Part shown: in pieces, positions 14,401-22,943 of the stretch
Layout of the letters: the number at the start of each line of letters is the position of its first letter
Numbering within the stretch: position 1 is the first letter of the stretch
Notes under the pieces: generated by a model
What the model was told of the DNA's origin: nothing
What the model saw: only the letters and a program-made list of their open reading frames with translations
Databases searched by the model: none
DNA from: an uncultured bacterium
GTDB taxonomy: Bacteria > JAJVIF01 > JAPKYR01
NCBI GenBank assembly: GCA_965369865.1
Contig: CBDURU010000038.1
Coordinates: 1-28,044, forward strand
DNA: 28,044 bases
Direction: 5' to 3'
Program-made: the position numbers and the translations under genes

Positions 14401-17248
14401 CGAACTGTCCGACTGTGACAGCACGGAATTTATGTTCTCCTGGTACCTCTCAAGCGATCCGGAAGTCCAAATCGACGGTCATTGGATACAGTATATCGAT
14501 AGTCCTTTTACTATTGATTTCTCAATAGTACCAAATGGCGACTGGTACCTTTTCATTAGAGTCTTCGATGGGGAAATTGAGGTTATATCGGACTCACTAC
14601 ATATTTTTAAAAACAACTCCGCACCTGATAAACCTGCCATTCCCGAAGGCTTGGCCGAAGTAACCTGTGAAGATTTACCAGCAATTTACGATGGCGGGAT
14701 GATTAAAGATTGTGATGAAGGCGACCAGGTGATCTCTTATTTCTACCTGTCTACCGATCCGTTAACCCAGGTTGGTGGTGAATGGACTGCGATTATTGGC
14801 GGGATGATAATTGTTGATTTTACCACTGTAGTCCCCGAGCAAAGTTACTATCTCTTCCAGAAAGCCTTTGATGGAGAACTTGAAACGATCAGCGATCCTC
14901 TGGAAATCGTTTATCATAATACAGCCCCGGAGGACCTTTTCATTCCTGTCGGAAATTCAACGGTGAGCTGTTCGAATGATAATGAGGAGTATAACGGCGG
15001 TCCTGTGTTCGACTGCGACACCTGGCAAATTATCTCAAGGGATTATGCAATCTCCACAATAAACTGGCCGCCCGCAGTCGGATGGATCGGGTTCAGCAAT
15101 GAACTTTGGACAGTCAACTGGTCCGAATTCGAAGAAGGAACGTATTTCATGTTCCAGAGAGCGTTTGATGGTTACGATTATACGTACAGCGACTCACTCG
15201 AAGTTACGGTGGGTCCTCCGGCACTTGTGACTCCGGATACTCCTATAGGAAACACTGATTTTGATTGTGACGGTCCGCCAGAAACATACGATGCCGGTGA
15301 TTATATGGCTGGATGCCCTGATGTTATTATTATACGTGAATGGGCAATTAATACTGTACCCACACCACCATTGCTTGGCTGGATTGAGTTCTCCGGGACA
15401 TCATTCATAGCCAGCCCTGCAACCTTAGGGATCGGCTATCTTTACCTGTATCAACGTGCAACGCTAGATATGCAGGTTGAATACTCGGATCCTCTCCTGA
15501 TACAGGTTCACCCGGGTCCCCTGGGTATTCCACCAACTCCGATTGGAGCTACGGTTGTCGACTGCGAGTCAATCAATGAACCCTATGAAATGGGAGAAGT
15601 GCCTGTAGCCTGTCCGGATACTCCGCTAACAAGATCATGGCAGATCCAGGACTCAAACTTTGATCCTGTCACAGGATGGATACTGTTTGAGACCAGCCCG
15701 ATTTTTATCAACTGGACCCTGTATACAACCGGTGATGATTATTACCTGGTTCAAAAAGCGGATGACACTGAACATGTGCAGTTCAGCATTCCGCTCTTGG
15801 TTGAGTTTATTAATTCAGACCCGGGATTTGTAAATCCGATAAGCGGTCCTCAAACGGTCGATTGTACTGATACTGCGGCGATTTATAATGCCGGTCCCGG
15901 GGTTGACTGTGATAAAGATCAAACACTGGTTCTTGAATGGGGTTGGAACACTATCGACACATACCCGATTAGCGGCTGGCAGGAAGTTACAGGACCTACA
16001 TTTATAGTCGATTATTCAGCCTCTGAAATCCAGCCAGGAGATATTTACCTGTTCCAGCGTGTTTCAGACGGAATAACAACGGTTTACGATCCAGATAGCC
16101 TGCATGTAACATACAATAATTCCGCACCTGATCCACCTTCACATTTAATCGGGAACACCGAAATCGACTGCAACAATGTTCTTTCAACTTATGAAGCCGG
16201 GTTCGTCTATGACTGTGACGGAACCGAGCTGATCCGCGAGTGGGCGGTAAACGATGTTGCTGTTGCTCCGACAGAAGGCTGGACAGCATTCACCGGGACC
16301 ACATTCGACGTGCTCTGGTCTGATTACGGTTTTGGTTCCTGGTTCCTGTTCCACAGGATTTCCGATGGCGAGTTTACGCTTACCAGTACCCCGCTGCCGG
16401 TAACCTACATTAATACTGCCCCTGTGGTTTTGTCGGTCGATGCCGATGAGGGTTCAGGTCCGTTCTACACCGACGGCATAACCAGTGGTTATGAAGGACT
16501 TAATTTCATTGATGTTCTGCACTATACATTCACGGTGGAAGATTGTGACGGAGATACCATCGAGAGCAGGTGGGCTGTGAAAACTTCCCCCACTCCCCCG
16601 GAGCTTGGCGATCCGGCCTGGAGTGCTCCAATCGTAGGAAATACCTTCGAGATTGATTACACCGCGTACGTATCCGAGGCTCCCGCTCCATTGTTCGTTT
16701 TCCTTGGGTGTTCCGATGCTTCTGAACTCACAATCGCTATCCCGCACGCCCCGGTAGGCATGTGGGAACGAATCTGGTTCACAGGTTTCAGTGATCCGGA
16801 TGATATGTGGACTGAAGATGAGTGCTACGAAGGGGTTGGCTCTTATACCTGGAGCCACGACGATGCCAATGATTATCTCAGGCTTACAGAATTCGGTCAC
16901 GCCTCATCGTCTTCAGTTTGGAGTGATCAGGTTACAATGCCTGTTGCCCCGGGCCTGGGATACCTGGGAATTCTCCAGGCATATATTAATCCTGCCGTCC
17001 CAAGCGGCTTGGATAATGTCTCCTTCAGGTTCCTTGATACATTCGATTGCAATGAAGTGGAACTGCCACCGATTACAGGTAACGGCTGCGACTCGGAAGA
17101 ACCCGAACTCAAGCAGTACAATATCCAGAATAATTCAGATATCTGGGATGGTGACTGGAAAATCGGGTTAAAGCAGGAAGGTTTCGAGGGCTGTGAAAGT
17201 TCAGAGCTCTATGTAGACTGGGTTGGTTTCTGGAACAAGCCGTTTTAA
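11429..17248 (+). CDS. Giant acidic surface lipoprotein: unassigned N-terminal module, 13 Cys-containing Ig-like (PKD/cadherin-like) repeats and a C-terminal beta-rich tip domain
   Basis: Lipobox-like IISC followed by a Gly/Pro linker; ~100-aa repeats N.xP..P.G...V.C......Y.(A)G...DC(D/E)...R.W....GW..F.G..F.(V/I)D(W/F)....G.YYLFQR..DG.....S..L; AAAGGA ribosome-binding site; intrinsic terminator downstream. Confidence 0.9.
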   Translation: MHSYTRSLIPGLFCLIVLFIISCSGGGSNPMAPPSENPGTDPGLDLTSGDGEPGLTPDQGQSHSPQVGPISTSNMLGYYDISFNHGTGEFEAIPIRGAQFALNVTDLLQPPQGDITNLQIKIIDASKLLSDGLVTVEFQITHPFNIPGLTCFDTFGILIGHGGHSFNEDPDVTYGGPNDIQLLNFDGYTRWMNPVEFTDPGLFGYTEGLFGKKGEAWTASVNPYKYFSYYLGPQADLTDYLSTSSVKDSRGAWLPGSQASREYVIQFPMPDGNLDLRFQYLILTRWAPAKDGNGNPIPNPQPSQYPPDANAPEAVYIIADSEGSTLFFDEDSGDSGGDLILNLTIYDWQGMEVLGGTGVFNEINSIGLGSPDGLFTVTGINLDAMALAGTEVSAGHNSTTLQILVEDLHPLFTGQNEIFLAVYSEDPSTYGPFGTYPQDAWLAGYTKLYVNVSPGDPTNEPPKIDEIQGETLVSCNDGETIYTCVASDPNAGDTISYKWELVEKGTIPGLTGTYSEDNTATIDWADGDLYVPGYYELWFRITDGVDEVDDKLEIEKQPGLFELSPIFAEDEFTNNVYCTTTEAIYEISVESCEPDTEPSFRWKRGYGDPPDELDPFGIGWSQKSPDNYITYSWHNTDIGMWWIAAQVIGNNPQPQVSDFYLVERVNTPSEPVNPPEGPDLVNCNSTEALYDLTGGEDCDGGFGPLSRSWAITDTPEEPTSGWQLTVDPYFIIDWSEYPSGTFYLWQMVEIDDSETVSASLEVIRANTPPEEPLPPFGPMAVDCTMNNAEYIAGEVFDCEDDVLTRQWVLSLNPEIPPETGWVDFTGDIFYVDFSTVVSGDYALFQRVSDDDIIFINSLPALLTKTNIPPLQPDVPIGPEVVTCTDPIQEYAAGPPSECDVEDIITRSWGVSEEMIGFPEEWFEFIGDTFEVDWMSYPTGMLYLYQKIESGDDERTSFALSVIKENAAPVVGLPSGPTSVDCSMIDAEYELSELSDCDSTEFMFSWYLSSDPEVQIDGHWIQYIDSPFTIDFSIVPNGDWYLFIRVFDGEIEVISDSLHIFKNNSAPDKPAIPEGLAEVTCEDLPAIYDGGMIKDCDEGDQVISYFYLSTDPLTQVGGEWTAIIGGMIIVDFTTVVPEQSYYLFQKAFDGELETISDPLEIVYHNTAPEDLFIPVGNSTVSCSNDNEEYNGGPVFDCDTWQIISRDYAISTINWPPAVGWIGFSNELWTVNWSEFEEGTYFMFQRAFDGYDYTYSDSLEVTVGPPALVTPDTPIGNTDFDCDGPPETYDAGDYMAGCPDVIIIREWAINTVPTPPLLGWIEFSGTSFIASPATLGIGYLYLYQRATLDMQVEYSDPLLIQVHPGPLGIPPTPIGATVVDCESINEPYEMGEVPVACPDTPLTRSWQIQDSNFDPVTGWILFETSPIFINWTLYTTGDDYYLVQKADDTEHVQFSIPLLVEFINSDPGFVNPISGPQTVDCTDTAAIYNAGPGVDCDKDQTLVLEWGWNTIDTYPISGWQEVTGPTFIVDYSASEIQPGDIYLFQRVSDGITTVYDPDSLHVTYNNSAPDPPSHLIGNTEIDCNNVLSTYEAGFVYDCDGTELIREWAVNDVAVAPTEGWTAFTGTTFDVLWSDYGFGSWFLFHRISDGEFTLTSTPLPVTYINTAPVVLSVDADEGSGPFYTDGITSGYEGLNFIDVLHYTFTVEDCDGDTIESRWAVKTSPTPPELGDPAWSAPIVGNTFEIDYTAYVSEAPAPLFVFLGCSDASELTIAIPHAPVGMWERIWFTGFSDPDDMWTEDECYEGVGSYTWSHDDANDYLRLTEFGHASSSSVWSDQVTMPVAPGLGYLGILQAYINPAVPSGLDNVSFRFLDTFDCNEVELPPITGNGCDSEEPELKQYNIQNNSDIWDGDWKIGLKQEGFEGCESSELYVDWVGFWNKPF

Positions 17249-17293
17249 TCGGAATCCATATTGATCCGGTAAAGCATTTTCAAAGATAACAAT

Positions 17294-17323
17294 TCCCCCG
17301 GGACAATACCGGGGGATTTTTTT
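17294..17323 (+). terminator. Rho-independent terminator
   Basis: TCCCCCGG-GACAATA-CCGGGGGA followed by T7. Confidence 0.85.
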
Positions 17324-17428
17324 ATATTTCATTCGATTCCTGACGTTTAACTACTGGACTGGGCGGCCGATTAGCGGTAAAGTACGTTTTTCCCTGAATC
17401 GATAACAATCTGTACAAAGGATATAGTC

Positions 17429-18466
17429 ATGACACTCAGACTCCTTAAAAAGCTGACGGAATCCTTCGGACCCTCGGGTTTCGAAGATGAGACGAGAAAA
17501 ATTGTCCAGGCCGAACTCAAGCCACTATGTAATAAAGTCTGGACGAACACACTTGGTAGCGTAATCGGTTTCAAAAAGGGTAAAGGTAAGGCTGCAGAGC
17601 GTAAAAAGATTATGATCGCCGGTCACATGGATGAGATCGGGTTCATAGTCAGCCATGTCGACGAAAAAACCGGGTTTCTTCGATTTGTTCCGGTCGGGGG
17701 ATTCGATCCCAAAACCCTTGTATGCCAGAGAGTAATGGTCCTGGGGAAGGGGAAGCATAAGCTGCACGGGCTTCTGAATATCGCCGGGAAGCCAATACAT
17801 GTCCAGACACCCGAAGAGAAAAAAAAGCAGATCGCTTTAACTGATTTCTTTATCGATTTAGGCCTTCCCGCAAAGGAAGTAGTAAAAAAGGTTGAGATCG
17901 GCGATCCGGTCGCCTGGCGGCGTGACCTATTGGAGATGGGTGACCTTGTAAACTGCAAGGCGATGGACGATCGAGTCGGTGTTTACGTCATGATCGAAGC
18001 CCTGAAAAAAACGAAGGGCAACACGCACGATATTTACGCGGTTGGAACGGTTCAGGAGGAAGTAGGGCTCCGTGGCGCGACGACGGCGTCATTTGAAATA
18101 CAACCGGATATCGGTATCGCGCTTGATATAACGCTTGCAATGGACACACCCGGGTCGGAACCTCACGCGCAGGTTTCACAACTGGGAAAAGGAATTACCG
18201 TCGGCATTATGAACAGTTCAGTAATATCCGACAGGGAACTCGTGAAGGAAATGAGGAAAATCGCCAGGGCAAAAAAGATTCCCCACCAGCTTGAGATTCT
18301 TCCGCGCGGCGGTACCGACGCCGGTGCGATGCAGCGTACGGGTCCGGGCGCGAGGTCGATTACACTCTCGATTCCCACCCGATATGTACATTCAGTGAAC
18401 GAAACTGTGAATATGAAAGATGTCCAGGCTGGTATAAACCTCCTAGCAGCCTACCTGAACCAGTAG
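17429..18466 (+). CDS. M42-family metallopeptidase (TET/FrvX-like aminopeptidase)
   Basis: GPSGFE, AGHMDEIG, KAMDDR, VQEEVGLRGA, GGTDAG, RYVHS. Confidence 0.95.
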   Translation: MTLRLLKKLTESFGPSGFEDETRKIVQAELKPLCNKVWTNTLGSVIGFKKGKGKAAERKKIMIAGHMDEIGFIVSHVDEKTGFLRFVPVGGFDPKTLVCQRVMVLGKGKHKLHGLLNIAGKPIHVQTPEEKKKQIALTDFFIDLGLPAKEVVKKVEIGDPVAWRRDLLEMGDLVNCKAMDDRVGVYVMIEALKKTKGNTHDIYAVGTVQEEVGLRGATTASFEIQPDIGIALDITLAMDTPGSEPHAQVSQLGKGITVGIMNSSVISDRELVKEMRKIARAKKIPHQLEILPRGGTDAGAMQRTGPGARSITLSIPTRYVHSVNETVNMKDVQAGINLLAAYLNQ

Positions 18467-18482
18467 AGGATTTATGACTGAT

Positions 18483-18518
18483 AAAAAACACCTCCCCGAA
18501 GTATGGAGGGGGGTTTTT
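18483..18518 (+). terminator. Possible (bidirectional) terminator after the M42 gene
   Basis: A-tract, CCTCC/GGAGG stem, T5. Confidence 0.45.
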
Positions 18519-18666
18519 GATAACGCTATGCACCAGCAACGTGGTTTTAGACCAATCCTGATAAATAAAAATTGAATGGACATATTTAAAATTTAGGGGC
18601 TGCTTTTCGACGGGCGAAAAGAGGTGTCCCCGATCTCAAATCAATATTTAATTGATAGGATTTGTA

Positions 18667-19545
18667 TTAGAGATTTTCCTCTAATATCCTGCGCATGTAT
18701 CTCAGGAGATGCTTCTTAAGCTCAGGACGCTTCATAGCCCAGTCAATGTTGGTTGTGATGAATCCTTCGACCTGACCGACATCCCAGCGTTGACCCGTGT
18801 ATACAACGGCGTGCATTTCCTCGTCCTTCAGGAGCAGCCTTAAGCCGTCTGTGAGTTGTATCTCACCCTTGTGATCGGGCTTGGTAATTTCAAGGTAGTC
18901 AAAAATCCTGGGCGTCAACAGGTAACGACCGATAATCGCCAGGTTACTCGGTGCTTCATCGACCGCCGGTTTCTCAACCAGATGGCTTATTTTAATCGTG
19001 CCATCCCCATTATCCTCGCCGGCGATGATTCCATATCTGGAAACGTCGCTCTCAGCCACCGGTTGAACCGCAAGGATGCTGGTCCCGTATTTTTTATAAG
19101 CGGACACCATAACCGAGGTGGCCGACATTACAGGATCGGAAATATCGTCCCCCAGTAAAATCACAAATGGATCATTCCCGACATGATCCTTCGCCATCAG
19201 AACCGCATGACCGAGTCCCAGCGGTTCACCCTGACGAATGTAATGAATCCTCGCAAGGCGGGTGATGTCCTCAACCAGTTCGAGTTCACGCGCCTTACCC
19301 TTAACGCGGAGAAAATGTTCCAGCTCGAATGCCTTGTCGAAGTGATCCTCAACCGCACGTTTGCCCCGTCCGGTGATAATCAGAATATCCTCTAAACCGG
19401 CGTCAACCGCTTCCTCAACAACTAACTGGATCGTGGGCTTGTCAACAATTGGAAGCATTTCCTTGGGCTGGGCTTTGGTTGCCGGCAGAAACCTCGTGCC
19501 AAGCCCGGCTGCTGGAATTACAGCTTTACTGATATTATTAATCAT
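18667..19545 (-). CDS. galU: UTP--glucose-1-phosphate uridylyltransferase
   Basis: KAVIPAAGLGTRFLPATKAQPKEMLPIVDKP, LGLGHAV, VEKP, GEIQLTD. Confidence 0.97.
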   Translation of the reverse strand: MINNISKAVIPAAGLGTRFLPATKAQPKEMLPIVDKPTIQLVVEEAVDAGLEDILIITGRGKRAVEDHFDKAFELEHFLRVKGKARELELVEDITRLARIHYIRQGEPLGLGHAVLMAKDHVGNDPFVILLGDDISDPVMSATSVMVSAYKKYGTSILAVQPVAESDVSRYGIIAGEDNGDGTIKISHLVEKPAVDEAPSNLAIIGRYLLTPRIFDYLEITKPDHKGEIQLTDGLRLLLKDEEMHAVVYTGQRWDVGQVEGFITTNIDWAMKRPELKKHLLRYMRRILEENL

Positions 19546-19605
19546 AACTGAAATCTTGCTCCTTCCTTCAGTACGGACGGAATATAATATATGTTCTTCA
19601 CAAAA

Positions 19606-20481
19606 TTATCGAGTGTTTTCCGCTAAAAACCGCATGATTTTATTCCAGGCGTTCCGAGCGGGTTCACGATCGGGACCCCAGATAAATTCATGATCTGAGC
19701 CTGATTCAATCAGAATTTTATAATTTACTTTCCCGCAAACGTTGAAAGCATCCGCCATCAACTCCGACTGTTCTGCAGGAACTATCATGTCGGCTTCACC
19801 GTGCACTAACATCACAGGGACTTCGATATCCCCGGCGTGCCGCACACAGGCTCGCATTTCCAGTTCATCCTCATCCAGGCCCGCAAGGTGCTTTACGAAG
19901 GGGTCACCCATCAGATGGTGGTCGACTTCTTTTAACCAGGATATCCATTTAACAAGGTCATATATCCCCGATACCGCTATTCCACCCCTGAAACCGGAAT
20001 GTTCAACCATTCTCGCCAGTGTAAGTAGACAAACCATTGCTCCATGGGAGCTGCCAAGAAGCCAGATTTTTTCGGAATCCACATACTGGAAGCTTTGAAC
20101 CGCCTCCATACATGCGAGAGTATCGTCGACTTCTCCAAGGGCAAATTCGATTTTACCCCCACTGCCGTCTTCACCGCGGTATGCCGGGACTGCGATTGTC
20201 CAGCCGGCTTTCGCAAGTCTCCTCAGGCAAAGATCGTAATGATCGGGAATACCACCGACACCACCATGACCGCAAATAATCGCGGCACCGGGCGGTGCTG
20301 GGAAATCAATTGGGTGAGTTGGATCTGATAAGGGATTTTGTGATGGTTCATAGAGCCATGCCGTGATATCCAGATCCCCCGATTTGTAGCGAACCCGGTA
20401 AGCGTTAACGTCCGAAGGTCCCCTGCCCAGGAATTGCGGGAGGGCACCAAGGATTTCGAATTTGCCAATTGATTCAATCAC
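19606..20481 (-). CDS. Alpha/beta hydrolase, S9 (prolyl oligopeptidase-like) family
   Basis: HGG oxyanion motif, YRG..GSG, nucleophile elbow GSSHGA, HGEAD, distal His (DHEF); GTG start after AAGGA. Confidence 0.9.
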   Translation of the reverse strand: MIESIGKFEILGALPQFLGRGPSDVNAYRVRYKSGDLDITAWLYEPSQNPLSDPTHPIDFPAPPGAAIICGHGGVGGIPDHYDLCLRRLAKAGWTIAVPAYRGEDGSGGKIEFALGEVDDTLACMEAVQSFQYVDSEKIWLLGSSHGAMVCLLTLARMVEHSGFRGGIAVSGIYDLVKWISWLKEVDHHLMGDPFVKHLAGLDEDELEMRACVRHAGDIEVPVMLVHGEADMIVPAEQSELMADAFNVCGKVNYKILIESGSDHEFIWGPDREPARNAWNKIMRFLAENTR

Positions 20482-20517
20482 AACGGTAATTAATCCTTAT
20501 GGGTGGGGAAAAATTCT

Positions 20518-20526
20518 ATTATACCA
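20518..20526 (-). promoter_or_regulatory. Extended -10 promoter for the hydrolase gene
   Basis: TGGTATAAT on the minus strand, ~37 nt upstream of the start. Confidence 0.55.
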
Positions 20527-20553
20527 GTTGCTCCGCTTCAGTGCCGGATAATG

Positions 20554-21537
20554 CTACCGACCCGGTGGTAAGTCCTCTGCTAAATCAACGGGCAGCTCCC
20601 CGAACTCCTTCAGGAACACTTCCTCAAGTGTGCTTCTCTTCCGCTCAACTTCGAAGATACTGAAACCTGATAAAGCAAGGCTGCTTACGAGTTCGGGAAC
20701 ATCGTTCTCGGACTTCAGGGTACAGGTAAGTATTCCCCGGGAGAACTTAACAGCACTGCCGCCCGCGCCTTCGACAATGGGTTTTAATTTCTCAGCCATC
20801 ACACGATCATCCGATGTCACTCCAGAGCCCTGGTTTGGTGTCAGCCGAATAGCGATCCTGTTTTCCTGTTCAGTCAATTCGTCAATCCCCGCAATTTTCC
20901 TGACCCTCCCTCGATCGATGATCGCGACACGGTTAGCGACATCCTCGACATCGACCAGCACATGACTCGAAAATAAGATAGTAGAACCGTTATTGACCGC
21001 CATGCGCATAGTGTCCTTGATCTGTTTCCTTCCGATAGGATCGAGTCCGGCCTGAGGTTCGTCAAGGAACAGAAGCTTAGGATGTCCAATCATGGCCTGT
21101 GCAAGCCCGATTCTCTGCAGCATGCCCTTGGAGTACGTCCTGAGCCTTCTATGTCCGGCTGAAAGCTCAAGGTGCACCTGCTCCAATGCTTCAATCACCC
21201 TTTTTCTGCGGTCTCGCAAAGGAACCCTAGCCAGTTCAGCATGGTAATGAAGGAAAGCGATACCTGAAAGGTGATCGTAAAAATTCGGGTTCTCGGGAAG
21301 GTATCCAAGCTGCAAGGTGGTTGCAGGATGCCCGGGTTTTCGACCCAGGACCTCAAGATGGCCTGACGATGGATAAATTATATTCAGGCAGCATTTCACG
21401 AAAGTGGTTTTCCCGCTGCCGTTAGGACCTAGAAGCCCGAAAATCTCACCTTCGCCGACAGAGAGATCTAATCCATCGAGTGCCCGGACAGGCCGGCCGA
21501 AAAGTTTAACCAGGTTCTCGCAATACACAACAGCCAT
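20554..21537 (-). CDS. ABC transporter ATP-binding protein (ABC-2/exporter type)
   Basis: Walker A GPNGSGKT, signature YSKGM, Walker B LFLDEP, H-loop SSH, C-terminal TLEEVFL. Confidence 0.95.
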   Translation of the reverse strand: MAVVYCENLVKLFGRPVRALDGLDLSVGEGEIFGLLGPNGSGKTTFVKCCLNIIYPSSGHLEVLGRKPGHPATTLQLGYLPENPNFYDHLSGIAFLHYHAELARVPLRDRRKRVIEALEQVHLELSAGHRRLRTYSKGMLQRIGLAQAMIGHPKLLFLDEPQAGLDPIGRKQIKDTMRMAVNNGSTILFSSHVLVDVEDVANRVAIIDRGRVRKIAGIDELTEQENRIAIRLTPNQGSGVTSDDRVMAEKLKPIVEGAGGSAVKFSRGILTCTLKSENDVPELVSSLALSGFSIFEVERKRSTLEEVFLKEFGELPVDLAEDLPPGR

Positions 21538-21557
21538 TTTCGTTAATTACCGTGCGG

Positions 21558-21587
21558 AAAAAGGCGCGATCCTCAGGATCGCGCCTT
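21558..21587 (-). terminator. Rho-independent terminator after the Ig/FN3 lipoprotein gene
   Basis: Minus strand AAGGCGCGATCC-TGA-GGATCGCGCC-TTTTT. Confidence 0.85.
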
Positions 21588-21636
21588 ATAACTCCAGGTA
21601 ACTATTCTTCATTGATTTCAAACGAACTCCACTGGT

Positions 21637-22461
21637 TTAAAATGCAGTGGAGAAAGTGTCCTTGTAATGAGCTTCCTGAATCGAATTAAGAGAACCATCA
21701 TAAGCATTACTGTAATGAGGTTCACCAGGATTCGTTACGAAGATCGCGACCTCTTTTGAGGGTGCGCTGTGAAGCCCGAGAAGGTCCTCAGCGGTAACCC
21801 GGTAGTAATACCATCCATAGATCACTGTCTTGTCCAGGAATGGCGGATACAGGGCAAGCGCCTGGTTTACGCGACCGAAGTCGGTCGAGTAATGGGCATT
21901 GGACACCTGGGTACGCCATATATTGTAACCGGCCATATCACCGTCGGTCGCATTCATATCCCACCAGACCGCGACACCTTCAGGGCTTGGATGAACTGAT
22001 GGATTGAGTACAACCGCCGGGGGTACGTCCTCATCGGGATTGAATGAGTTAACGTAGGCACCCGCGCTGACCAGAAATTGTCCATCAGTTAACTGAACCC
22101 GGCACCGTACAACTGCAACCCCGGGATGTTGAGCGAGAAACCGTCCGCCAGTCAATTCAAACACACCGACAGATGTGTCCAGGGTGTACCATTCAACATT
22201 GTTGGTGACATCCTCGGTTGTCCCATCCTGGAGATGGGCGATTGATTTGAACTGTTGAAGCCCGCCAACTGTAAGGTTAACACCGACTGGCTCAATGAAA
22301 ATAGCCTGGATGATGTTAGTGGGTGTATCTCCAGGATTCATACTAATATAACCAGGAACCGCTGCGTTGTCAGGGCTGCCCTGGCAACCCAGGATAAACA
22401 GGAAAATTGAAAATAAAACAACCAGAGTTGGTATCGAAATACACAATACACGCCGGGTCAT
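21637..22461 (-). CDS. Lipoprotein with bacterial Ig-like (Big_2-like) and fibronectin type III-like domains
   Basis: Lipobox ILGC; QF...A...DGT.EDVT..V.W (Big_2-like); V.WD....D.AGYNIWR...YYYRVTA.D..G..S..S (FN3-like); GGAGG ribosome-binding site. Confidence 0.85.
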   Translation of the reverse strand: MTRRVLCISIPTLVVLFSIFLFILGCQGSPDNAAVPGYISMNPGDTPTNIIQAIFIEPVGVNLTVGGLQQFKSIAHLQDGTTEDVTNNVEWYTLDTSVGVFELTGGRFLAQHPGVAVVRCRVQLTDGQFLVSAGAYVNSFNPDEDVPPAVVLNPSVHPSPEGVAVWWDMNATDGDMAGYNIWRTQVSNAHYSTDFGRVNQALALYPPFLDKTVIYGWYYYRVTAEDLLGLHSAPSKEVAIFVTNPGEPHYSNAYDGSLNSIQEAHYKDTFSTAF

Positions 22462-22543
22462 ACGAACCTCCGGGGGTTAAATCTTGTAATCTAGCGTAAT
22501 ATACAGAAACCTGCTCCCATACGAGAGAGAGAACTGTTAGCAC

Positions 22544-22573
22544 AATTTATCACAGCAGGCTAAAGGGTGTCAA
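22544..22573 (-). promoter_or_regulatory. Putative sigma70 promoter of the Ig/FN3 lipoprotein gene
   Basis: TTGACA-N18-TAAATT with a TG extension, minus strand. Confidence 0.6.
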
Positions 22574-22843
22574 GCAACCCATAGTTATAATCCCCGTTAA
22601 GCGAAGGAGCATAATTTCCTGCGGTGGTTTAAAGGATAGATATATAAACCCTTCATTTTCAAAGAGTTTTGAAAAGTAAGAAGTTTCAAAAAAAATAAAC
22701 CGTTATGAAAGGTGTAATTCCTGCTGTTGATGCTACCTTCAGCGTAAAGGCGGTTTATGTGATACATTACGGGTGAATCAGATTGAAAGGAAGAGCGGTT
22801 GCGGGAATGCCGGAAATGTGGTATATAATAACATAGTATGATA

Positions 22844-22936
22844 TTTCCCGCTATGGGCCGCGGCGGGCGACCTATTCGACCGCAGATGCCGTTCAATCAG
22901 TAAACCCAGGTCCAGACAGCGGAAACCGACGGAGGT
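22844..22936 (+). promoter_or_regulatory. Structured 5' leader (riboswitch-like) upstream of a small membrane peptide
   Basis: Nested stems CCGCT/AGCGG, TGGGCC/GGTCCA, GCGG/CCGC; potential pseudoknot CCGTT(22889-93)/GACGG(22928-32) overlapping the Shine-Dalgarno (SD); TATAAT at 22824-29. Confidence 0.4.
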
Positions 22937-22943
22937 GCATTTA

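Noticed and set aside
18474..18575. 33-aa ORF after the M42 gene with a GAGGA SD
   Set aside because: It runs through the probable terminator and has no recognisable features; coding status cannot be supported.
4590..22461. C-terminal aromatic residues of three lipoproteins (..GW, ..PF, ..AF) as a BAM beta-signal
   Set aside because: No beta-barrel pattern precedes them, and three cases are too few to exclude chance.
22597..22896. 99-aa minus-strand ORF
   Set aside because: TTG start without an SD, non-protein-like composition, overlaps promoter and hairpin elements.
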